Shown: one piece after another, positions 10,981 to 18,074 of the stretch
Layout: each line of letters begins with the position of its first letter
How positions within the stretch are numbered: the stretch's first letter is position 1
DNA from: Candidatus Dormiibacterota bacterium
Lineage (GTDB): Bacteria; Chloroflexota; Dormibacteria; Aeolococcales; Aeolococcaceae
NCBI GenBank assembly: GCA_963789735.1
Contig: CAWBLV010000001.1
Location: 213,822-277,821, forward strand
Direction of reading: 5' to 3'
DNA length: 64,000 nt
Notes under the pieces: model-generated
Databases searched by the model: none
Told to the model about the DNA's origin: nothing
What the model saw: only the letters and a program-made list of their open reading frames with translations
Translations under genes and position numbers: made by a program

Positions 10981-11475
10981 TTATGTCGGGGCGACTGGAC
11001 TCGAACCAGCGACCCCCTGCTCCCAAACTTCCTTGCGGGTCACGCCGTATTCACCCTGAATTGAACACCACGGGGCGATCGCGCGCAAGCCTCCTGACTC
11101 GCTGGGAGCGGTCAGTTTGAAGTCCGGCTCGGGCTGCTGCCCATAGACCTTTATATCGAATCCTCGAAAGCGAAATGCGTCTCTAATCCGGTCGAGGATC
11201 TTCTGGCGCGCGTGCGCATCGATTTCGTCATCGGCGTGGGGAGGGTCCCAGTGAGTCAGTCGAGCCGGATACATGACCATGGTGAATGGCCCGCCTGCGA
11301 GCACCTCAGAATCGACAACAACCGTCTTGTCCGCCTCCTCATATCGGAGTCCGGCTCGCCCCAACACCTCTACTGAGAAGCCTTCATCGCTCGCGATCAT
11401 GTTTACTCGAGGGATTCGAAACATCTTGCTTGATTCTAGGGTTCGAGCAACGCGACGATCTATCGCCGGGGTCAT
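10981..11475 (-). CDS. hypothetical protein, possibly Imm74-like immunity-type domain; 3' end runs into the tRNA-derived repeat
   Basis: 164-aa ORF; the segment LTHWDPPHADDEIDAHARQKILDRIRDAF recalls Imm74-family proteins (from memory, not searched); the last ~15 codons are encoded by the att repeat. Confidence 0.45.
   Translation of the reverse strand: MTPAIDRRVARTLESSKMFRIPRVNMIASDEGFSVEVLGRAGLRYEEADKTVVVDSEVLAGGPFTMVMYPARLTHWDPPHADDEIDAHARQKILDRIRDAFRFRGFDIKVYGQQPEPDFKLTAPSESGGLRAIAPWCSIQGEYGVTRKEVWEQGVAGSSPVAPT
10985..11027 (-). repeat. partial tRNA-Pro copy (3' half); att-type direct repeat of 16175-16217
   Basis: 43/43 nt identical to the anticodon-loop-to-acceptor segment of the intact tRNA-Pro gene; no 5' half present. 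Confidence 0.9.
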
Positions 11476-11511
11476 CGCGTAGTCGGTCGGTTTGCAAACG
11501 AGTGGGTAGGG

Positions 11512-11736
11512 TCAGTCCGATTTCGCTCGGTAATTCGGGTTCGGACGGAACCTTCCAACGATCTCGCCGTCAGCGGCGATTTGCCACGCCCCGATGATCG
11601 CGGAAGGGGGCACAGCTCCCATGGGGTCGTCGACCTGTGCGCCGTCAATCTCGTAAACCCAACCACCGCCAAGGCGGACAGCCTCCGCGCATTGGGCGGC
11701 AAACTTCGCGTCGTTGGGTGGCTTGCGTTCCTCCAT
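11512..11736 (-). CDS. hypothetical small protein
   Basis: ORF 11512-11772, likely start ATG 11736 (MEERKPPNDAKF...); GGWVYEIDG ... VPPSAIIGAWQI ... NPNY pattern. Confidence 0.4.
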   Translation of the reverse strand: MEERKPPNDAKFAAQCAEAVRLGGGWVYEIDGAQVDDPMGAVPPSAIIGAWQIAADGEIVGRFRPNPNYRAKSD

Positions 11737-11800
11737 CCGCGAAGAATGCGCCGTCGAGATTACCCGTAGCACGCCCTACCGATTTTCAAGTTCGTCCTCT

Positions 11801-11920
11801 GGTTGTTCACGATCACGCGCGAACGGCCGCTGCGTATTCGGTCTTGGGTGTCCGCACAGCCACCGCGTCCGCTGGAAACCGGCGGCGGCCGCAAAATAGG
11901 GTGTCGGATAAGGTGTCAAA
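11801..11920 (+). repeat. island repeat copy A
   Basis: Aligns with copies B-D; ends in GGTGTCG-N5-GGTGTCA (11900/11912). Confidence 0.6.
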
Positions 11921-12124
11921 GCCGACCGTTGCTAGCACTAGGACGGCAACTCGTATGGCCGCCCGTGCAGTCCACTGTGGAAGGTTTGTGAGGTTCAATC
12001 CGCCCCATCGGTCCATGCCTGATGGCGTTGTGAGTTACGGTGGCCCAACGTGAAGAGGTCAGAAGACGGCCACTTCTGTGAAGCGTAGGCCGGCTCATCG
12101 GCTGCGCAACTGGCGGACCGAGGC

Positions 12125-12436
12125 ATGAAGCAGATCGCGCGGGCGTGGAGTTGGAACAGGAAGAGGCTACCTCCGAAGGCGACGAGGCGCTTGAGGGGTC
12201 AGGCAAGGTTTGCCGCCTTCGTATGGACTGGCATCCTATTCGTTGGCGGAGTATTGATGGTCGCCGTCGCGATAGTGGCGGCTGTGACTGGTCAGACACC
12301 TGGGGTCTGGGCAGGTCTCTTGGCGGGCACTGTTTGCTTCGCGGGTTTCGGCAGCCTGTGGAGGATCCGTCGTTGGTGGTGGCCACCCATTCGCGACGAC
12401 GATCTCCCAAGCCGCGACCGCAAACGTCAAGCTTGA
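12125..12436 (+). CDS. hypothetical two-TM membrane protein (island cassette 1)
   Basis: 103-aa ORF; two hydrophobic helices (FAAFVWTGILFVGGVLMVAVAIVAAV, VWAGLLAGTVCFAGFG). Confidence 0.5.
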   Translation: MKQIARAWSWNRKRLPPKATRRLRGQARFAAFVWTGILFVGGVLMVAVAIVAAVTGQTPGVWAGLLAGTVCFAGFGSLWRIRRWWWPPIRDDDLPSRDRKRQA

Positions 12437-12461
12437 GCGGCGCCGCGGCTGCGCTACTTCG

Positions 12462-12605
12462 CTAGCGGTTCTTGAGCCCGCACGATGCGGATTCGTACAG
12501 GTTCCACACCCCTTGCGCTCTCTCGGCTGGGAGCGGCTGCTTGTTCGCCGGTAGCCGTGGGCGACCGCGACTTAGGGTGTCAGCGAGTGTCTGGACCCAG
12601 CTCAT
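12462..12605 (-). CDS. 47-aa small ORF encoded inside repeat copy B (only intact member of the repeat-encoded frame)
   Basis: ATG 12605 to TAG 12462, hand-translated as MSWVQTLADTLSRGRPRLPANKQPLPAERAQGVWNLYESASCGLKNR; below the ORF-track length cutoff; homologous frames in copies A, C and D are broken. Confidence 0.3.
   Translation of the reverse strand: MSWVQTLADTLSRGRPRLPANKQPLPAERAQGVWNLYESASCGLKNR
12466..12600 (+). repeat. island repeat copy B
   Basis: Starts cggttcttgag 30 nt after the preceding stop; ends GGTGTCA-N3-AGTGTCT (12576/12586). Confidence 0.65.
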
Positions 12606-12669
12606 CGTCGGGTCGCACAATGGTCGCGTGGACTCCGACTGGCTACCGCCTGGCGCGTCTCCTCCGGTG

Positions 12670-13089
12670 ATGCCGCTGCAGCTTCCCGCTTACTTGACCC
12701 AACTCAGCGACAGAATCCGACGAGAGGCCATTGATCTACGGCCCCAACAGGTCGCAGCCGTGGGGTTTCACGTGCAGCCGGCGTTAGACGCGGTCGGTGA
12801 GCTCGAAACCCACAGTGTTGCGGTTCTGGGGGCGGATACATGGACAGTGCGTGACGGCGAGCAGCCGAGGGTTTTCCCGTCCCTCGGCTGGGCGGGCGCA
12901 CATTTGGCTGCGCAGGAGGAGTGGCAAGACTATGTGCGCCGAGCCGCCGCATACGCACGCGAACGGATAAAGGGCGCTGATCTGTATGCGCGAGATGGTG
13001 GTTGGGGAACGCTCATCTTCGCGCTCGTGCCTTCTGACCAGCGGCGCTACGAAGAATTGAACCGTGGAGCGTCATCGCGCGACGGTTGA
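12670..13089 (+). CDS. hypothetical protein (island cassette 2)
   Basis: ORF 12472-13089; plausible starts GTG 12628 or ATG 12670; no recognisable motif. Confidence 0.5.
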   Translation: MPLQLPAYLTQLSDRIRREAIDLRPQQVAAVGFHVQPALDAVGELETHSVAVLGADTWTVRDGEQPRVFPSLGWAGAHLAAQEEWQDYVRRAAAYARERIKGADLYARDGGWGTLIFALVPSDQRRYEELNRGASSRDG

Positions 13090-13238
13090 GGCGCGACATC
13101 GCTGCGCCATCAGGCGGCGCTCCAAACGACGTCGCGAATGAGAACTCCTCGGCGTAGGAGTGATGAGCGGGCGCGGGCCTGTGACAATCCAGACTGTTAC
13201 GGCTGAAGCAGGCGGCGTCCCAGCGGCCGCTCCCCCGC

Positions 13239-13385
13239 CGGTTCTTGACGTCGTCCACACCGAGTTCGGCCGTGTCCGTCGGTTCTCGTCGCGCGTGCAA
13301 ACTAGGCATCGGCACCGCGATGATGCGTTCGCGGAGAAGCGGGAGTGACCGCCCAGTACGGCGTCAGACAGGATGTCACCCACGT
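13239..13385 (+). repeat. island repeat copy C
   Basis: Starts cggttcttgac; ends GGCGTCA-N5-GATGTCA (13360/13372). Confidence 0.65.
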
Positions 13386-13469
13386 TCGGCGAGATGATGC
13401 TGCGTGCGGAAGGCGCCTTGCTACCGGCGGGTACAAGGGACGCCCCTCACCCGTCTACCATCATCGCCG

Positions 13470-13985
13470 ATGGACCACCCCGTGCCTTGGGAAGGCGTCG
13501 TCGCTGCATCCATGCCCTGGTTCGTTGAGCGCTTCACGCTTCACAACTCCGGCCTCCAGAGCATCACTGCGGACTGGGAGGGTCGGACTTTGCTGAAGAT
13601 TCACTTCGATCTTCACTGGAATCCATCCGTGCCAGATGGCCATACCACTCTTTGGATTCGGTTCGACCATCCGTATCGGGTCGTCTACACACGGGGTGGT
13701 TGGGGTCAGCCCACGCTTGAGGGCGTGCAGAGCCAGGCGCTCGACAACCAACAGCGCGAAGTGATTCGCGCCGGAACGTCTTTCGACCCTCGCGCATATC
13801 AGCTCCCGGGAACGGAGTTCGGATCCGTGTATCCCCCGGACGACGACGGGCTAACGAGCACGATGTTCTCGTTGATGAACTGGGGGACTCTCGCGTTATT
13901 GCATGCCACACCGGTGCGGTTTGCCGTCGCGAGTTCAGAAACGGCTAGCATCGACGTGACATCCCTGAACGTGCGCCCTCCCTGA
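13470..13985 (+). CDS. hypothetical protein (island cassette 3)
   Basis: ORF 13404-13985, likely ATG 13470 (MDHPVPWEG...); reasonable codon bias; no recognisable motif. Confidence 0.55.
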   Translation: MDHPVPWEGVVAASMPWFVERFTLHNSGLQSITADWEGRTLLKIHFDLHWNPSVPDGHTTLWIRFDHPYRVVYTRGGWGQPTLEGVQSQALDNQQREVIRAGTSFDPRAYQLPGTEFGSVYPPDDDGLTSTMFSLMNWGTLALLHATPVRFAVASSETASIDVTSLNVRPP

Positions 13986-14087
13986 CACTGGAGAGACGAG
14001 GCCAAAGTCGTGGTGGCCTTCACCGGCGGCGATCGCTGTGGCTGAGCAACCACCGACGTCAAGCGGCAGTGGCGGACCCAGCCCGGG

Positions 14088-14232
14088 CGGTTCTTGAGTT
14101 CGCGAACGATGGGTTCGACCGTGTCCGTCTAAGGCCGTGTCGCATTCAAACCACGCGTCGGCACGGCAACTCGGTCCGCCGGGAGCCGGGAGTGTCCGCG
14201 AAATAGGGTGTCAGAGCGGGTGTCATCCACGC
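14088..14232 (+). repeat. island repeat copy D
   Basis: Starts cggttcttgag; contains the 10-bp palindrome GTTCGCGAAC; ends GGTGTCA-N5-GGTGTCA (14207/14219). Confidence 0.65.
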
Positions 14233-14356
14233 CAAGCAGAGGACGACGGTGTGAGCGTGCTGTGCGGTGGGCGCACGCAACTGGCTGACGTTGGGTGCCG
14301 ACATTCGAGGTGTCGAGTAGCGCTTGGTCAGGCGCAGCTATGCTGAGTCCGTGGGC

Positions 14357-15058
14357 ATGCACCTCGGCTTAATGGCTTTCGACTGCAGCTGGGCGAACGC
14401 ACGGGAGGCGATGCAGATCCAATGCGGCCAGTTTGATGACCCTGTGCCGCTTGCTCCGGGCGAGTGGCTCCGATTGCCAACGGGGGTGGACGCCCTCCAT
14501 GTCGCCGAGACTCAGGGACGAACTTACGTCCTGGATCCTGCCATGGTGATAAGCGCTAATCCAGACTTTGTCATGTGGCTGTCTACGCAACTGAAGTGCA
14601 TTGTCGTTGGCGCAGGTGCGGAGACGGTGAGTGGTTCCTTCTGGTTCACGGCGGCCGATCGAGGGGTCCTCAGACGGCTCCACTGGGACGACACCGCGAC
14701 GCTCACGGGGCCATTTGACCTAGGCGATCAACTCGAAAGTGAGGCGAAGAAGCCTCTATCACAGGCGGACGGTGAGGGAATCCGTCCCGCCATCTCGTCC
14801 CTCGGGTTCAACTCTCAGGTCTATCTCAACGCATCTGACAGCTACCGCGTCATGTGGCCCGGCGGAAAGCTCCCGCCTTCCGGAGAACTCGAGGCGCTCG
14901 TGAATAGTCATGTTCAGGCGAGCCGGCGAAAGGACGCCGACGACTGGACAACGCACATCGCGGCCGTTCCCCGCCCTGAGGGCGGCATTGACCTGCGCGT
15001 GCAGCGTCCGGGGCAAGGAGGCCAAGGTTTGATCAAGAGGCTTTTCCGGCGCAGCTAA
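14357..15058 (+). CDS. hypothetical protein (island cassette 4)
   Basis: ORF 14324-15058, ATG 14357 (MHLGLMAFDCSW...) preceded by TATGCT at 14339; no recognisable motif. Confidence 0.55.
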   Translation: MHLGLMAFDCSWANAREAMQIQCGQFDDPVPLAPGEWLRLPTGVDALHVAETQGRTYVLDPAMVISANPDFVMWLSTQLKCIVVGAGAETVSGSFWFTAADRGVLRRLHWDDTATLTGPFDLGDQLESEAKKPLSQADGEGIRPAISSLGFNSQVYLNASDSYRVMWPGGKLPPSGELEALVNSHVQASRRKDADDWTTHIAAVPRPEGGIDLRVQRPGQGGQGLIKRLFRRS

Positions 15059-15394
15059 TTCACCCTCCGACCAAAGTTCGCGGCAGCGCCAGTGAGCGCA
15101 CGCTTCGCAGAGCAGCCATGAGCTACATCACCGCGCCGTGCTGAGGGTAGGCGGCATACAGCCAGATCCGTCGCCGTAAGGCTTGACTTTGTGCGTGGAC
15201 TCGATCCTTTTCGTGACGCAAGAAGGTCGTGCGCACCGGTTGGTGCAACTGTGTGTGATGTGAAGGAGCGATGCCGAGAAAGAAATGCGATGGATGCGGA
15301 GAAAAGATGGAGGGAGAGAAGGCGGATGGAGGCGCTTGGCGATGTGGATGAGGGAGTTTGGCTGCGGAGGCGTGGCCTGGGTGGCTGGCTCGGC

Positions 15395-15429
15395 GGGGTG
15401 TGGGTTCGGAGCGGGCCGACCCACACCCC
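15395..15429 (-). terminator. perfect 11-bp-stem hairpin just downstream of the minus-strand ORF ending at 15448
   Basis: ggggtgtgggt (15395-15405) / acccacacccc (15419-15429), 13-nt loop. Confidence 0.4.
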
Positions 15430-15447
15430 CGCGCCGGCGCGTAGCGG

Positions 15448-16130
15448 CTATCGAGCCATCCCGGGGCCGGGGGACCAACCCAGTCGCTTGGCCCGCTTCC
15501 GCTCCTTTCGCTGCCGGCGCCGGTGGTCCGAGCGTGTCAGGTGCGGGGACGTCAGCAGAACCACCGCGCGCTCGGCGCTTTCCTGTACCGGCGTCCACGG
15601 ACCTCCCGGCGCTTGCACTCGAGCGCACTCCGCGGCTGCAGCGCCTATCGCCCGCCACCCGGCCACGGCCGCGAGCGTCGGGGTGGACGCCCCATGGAGC
15701 ACGTTGAGTCTCTCTGCGGCTGCGTAGGCGCTGTCCCAGCGGCGCAGCGCCCGGCGCTCAGCGGCCTCGCGTACGCGTTCCTCGCGCGCGGTGGCACGAA
15801 CGCCGGCCGGCGTGTCCCGGTGCGTCTCCCAGAAGTCCGCTCCGGAGAGACGGAACTGCCCCCTGGCGTGTGGCCATCGCGGCAGCAACTCGGGTTGGCC
15901 TTGGCGTCGACGCCGGTAGGCAGCAGCCCGACACGCTGGATCGCAGAATCGCGCCGGTCGCCCGCGCGTCGAGCGGGGTGGGACGACGGCCGGCGGTCGC
16001 TTCGAGAACCCTCATGGCGGGTGCCCCCATGGACGGCATTCTGCCGTCGTTGTGGCGGCGAGACCCCGCGAAAGCCCCTGAACTCGGCATTTTCTGCAGA
16101 GCTTCCACGCCGCTCCCTCAGAGACGCCGC
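15448..16130 (-). pseudogene. decayed mobile-element zinc-ribbon-like ORF next to tRNA-Pro
   Basis: Minus frame reads ...LCRKC...(in-frame TGA)...GRPARFCDPACRAAAYRRRRQG... and continues to 15448. No usable start codon sits upstream of the Cys motifs. The CxxC ... FCxxxCRxxAYRRR pattern is common in actinobacterial integrative elements. Confidence 0.3.
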
Positions 16131-16172
16131 GTGAATTCAGCTCGTATTCAAAATGTCGAGGTCAGATTGACG

Positions 16173-16247
16173 TGGTCGGGGCGACTGGACTCGAACCAGC
16201 GACCCCCTGCTCCCAAAGCAGGTGCGCTACCACTGCGCCACGCCCCG
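16173..16247 (-). tRNA. tRNA-Pro (anticodon UGG), CCA encoded
   Basis: Reverse complement CGGGGCG-UG-GCGC-AGUGGUA-GCGC-A-CCUGC-UUUGGGA-GCAGG-GGGUC-GCUGG-UUCGAGU-CCAGU-CGCCCCG-A-CCA folds as a cloverleaf. Confidence 0.95.
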
Positions 16248-16482
16248 ACGGTTTCTGATCTCAGCTACCGCACCTGCTGCCGAAAAGGCGTCCTATAACC
16301 TCGCCTGCTTCGTGCTGGTCGATTCGCTGTCGTCGAGGCCCATTCTGAGGCTTCGGGGAGAATTTGGGCCGGAAGTCATGGTCGGCCCGGCTCGAACCAA
16401 ACCTATTGCCGCAGCGTTCGTCTTAGCTCCCGGCGCCTACTTTTAGGCCACCGGCACGGGAGCGCCTGCAGGATCTCGCGCT

Positions 16483-16710
16483 ATGGGCACCTTGACGGTC
16501 AGCCCATTGGCGGGGAGGCCGCTGCCCATCGTCGCCCTAGGGCAGAGGTACGGCGGCGAATCGCAAGCGATATTCCCGACGCAGACCGGGACACTCCAAG
16601 TTGCAACTGACGGGTCGACGACGATCAGGACGGACTTGATCGACCAGCAGGCCACGCAACAAATCGCGGACCATCCCCTGATTTCGGGCACGTGGCGTTG
16701 TGCCGCGTGA
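16483..16710 (+). CDS. hypothetical small protein
   Basis: 75-aa ORF with higher GC3 than the overlapping minus-strand ORF; no motif. Confidence 0.3.
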   Translation: MGTLTVSPLAGRPLPIVALGQRYGGESQAIFPTQTGTLQVATDGSTTIRTDLIDQQATQQIADHPLISGTWRCAA

Positions 16711-16817
16711 GGCTGCGTTGATACGAACATTGTGAGCAACGTACTCATCGGCAAGCACTGCGGAGTCACGAGCCGGCGCATTGCGGAACTTCGCGCTGCC
16801 ATTGACGTTCCACCGGT

Positions 16818-17531
16818 GTGAGACCGGGGAGTGGCAATCGCAGACTGGGATACCCGCTGCTCCTCGGCGTAGCAACAGCCCTGGTCTCGGCCTGCGGTGC
16901 AACTGCCCCGGCAACGACACCGACCGCCTCGACGTTGCAGCCCGCAGCGACAGCCTCCCCGTCGCTGACTCTCGCCCCGACCGATCTGGTCACGACCGCT
17001 CCAACCACACCGACCTCGACTCTCACGCCGACCCCTTCGGCGAGCGCCACACCGTACCCACCAATCGTTGCCTGCACGTCGTCGCAGTTGAGCGTGACCG
17101 CAGACACCGAAGCGCCATGGTCTGAAGACGGACAGGAAGCGATCTACATGGTGGTCGACAACATTTCGAACAGCCTCTGCTCCATTACCGGTTATGCCGA
17201 TGTCGCTCCGTTCGACGCAGCGGACCATGCAATCAGCGTGACCTACGAGCACGGATCCTTCGGCCAGGTACCGATCCCCGATCCAGGCATCTATCGCACG
17301 CCGGAAGTCCCCGGGGAGCTTGCGTATTTCGGTGTGACATGGATGACCGGAACGGGCTCAAACTGTTCCGCGGCTACGCACTTCGTTGTGTCGCTGCTGG
17401 CGCCCGATGCAACCTCGATGACCGTCAATTTTGCAACCGAGATCTGCCCGGTGGATGTGAACCCAGCGCCCCTCGCGGTCACCGCGGTCAACCCCGGCGA
17501 GTCGTACATCGACAACCCGTACCATCAGTAG
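16818..17531 (+). CDS. DUF4232-like lipoprotein
   Basis: 237-aa ORF; lipobox LVSACG; PT linker; CTSSQLSV...NISNSLCSITGYADV pattern typical of DUF4232. Confidence 0.7.
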   Translation: MRPGSGNRRLGYPLLLGVATALVSACGATAPATTPTASTLQPAATASPSLTLAPTDLVTTAPTTPTSTLTPTPSASATPYPPIVACTSSQLSVTADTEAPWSEDGQEAIYMVVDNISNSLCSITGYADVAPFDAADHAISVTYEHGSFGQVPIPDPGIYRTPEVPGELAYFGVTWMTGTGSNCSAATHFVVSLLAPDATSMTVNFATEICPVDVNPAPLAVTAVNPGESYIDNPYHQ

Positions 17532-17538
17532 ACAGAAC

Positions 17539-18030
17539 GTGGCGACGAAAGCACTGACGCTTGAGCAGATCCTGATCCAGCTTCCGGAAACACCGCAGCG
17601 CATCGCGGCGTTCACCGCCGGCGTTGCGCCGGCGGAGTTGCGGATGTCGTCAGTCCCCGGCGAATGGTCCACAAACGAGGTGCTCGCACACCTCCGTGCG
17701 TGTGCCGATGTCTGGGGCACCAACATCGTGCGGATCATCAGAGAGGACAAGCCCGAGTGGGTAGCGGTGAACCCTCGCAGCTGGATTGAGCAGACCGACT
17801 ACGCTGAGCTGCCATTCGCGGCGTCACTGCGCGCGTTCACGAAGCAACGAGCCGATCTCATGGCAGTGTTGGGGCCACTGCCCCGTAAAGGCTGGTCACG
17901 CGTCGCGCTCGTCAGCGGGGGTGCTCCGACCCGCGAGTGCAGCGTTCTGTATTACGCGGAGCGTCTTGCTCGCCACGAGCGCGCCCACGTCAAGCAGATT
18001 GGACGCATGGTCCAGACACTGCAGACGTAG
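17539..18030 (+). CDS. DinB family protein
   Basis: 163-aa ORF; EWSTNEVLAHL ... ERLARHERAHVKQI four-helix-bundle His triad pattern. Confidence 0.8.
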   Translation: MATKALTLEQILIQLPETPQRIAAFTAGVAPAELRMSSVPGEWSTNEVLAHLRACADVWGTNIVRIIREDKPEWVAVNPRSWIEQTDYAELPFAASLRAFTKQRADLMAVLGPLPRKGWSRVALVSGGAPTRECSVLYYAERLARHERAHVKQIGRMVQTLQT

Positions 18031-18074
18031 CGAGACGACCCCAAAACGCCTCGCGCCAGCAAACTCTCCCTGCA

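Noticed and set aside
10985-11027. A possible second tRNA-Pro gene.
   Set aside because: Only the 3' 43 nt are present (anticodon loop to acceptor end). There is no 5' acceptor strand or D-arm, so it is an att-type remnant rather than a gene.
14096-14105. GTTCGCGAAC palindrome in repeat copy D, considered as a conserved recombination core.
   Set aside because: The palindrome is not conserved at the equivalent position in copies A-C, where only short unrelated inverted repeats occur.
11900-14225. Relationship between the GGTGTCA heptads of the island repeat and the (G/A)TGTC-containing terminal repeats of the IS481 element, that is, the repeats as MITE derivatives of the IS.
   Set aside because: The similarity is limited to a 5-6 nt core. 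The island repeats have no terminal inverted repeats or flanking duplications. I could not align them with the IS ends beyond that core.
15448-16130. In-frame TGA in the zinc-ribbon ORF read as selenocysteine or as programmed readthrough.
   Set aside because: There is no SECIS-like hairpin and no usable start codon upstream. The surrounding island is otherwise decayed, so a pseudogene is the simpler reading.
16443-17252. 269-aa minus-strand ORF with a Cys-rich C-terminal segment near tRNA-Pro.
   Set aside because: Most of it is antisense to the DUF4232 lipoprotein gene. In the non-overlapping part, the plus-strand 75-aa ORF has the higher GC3.
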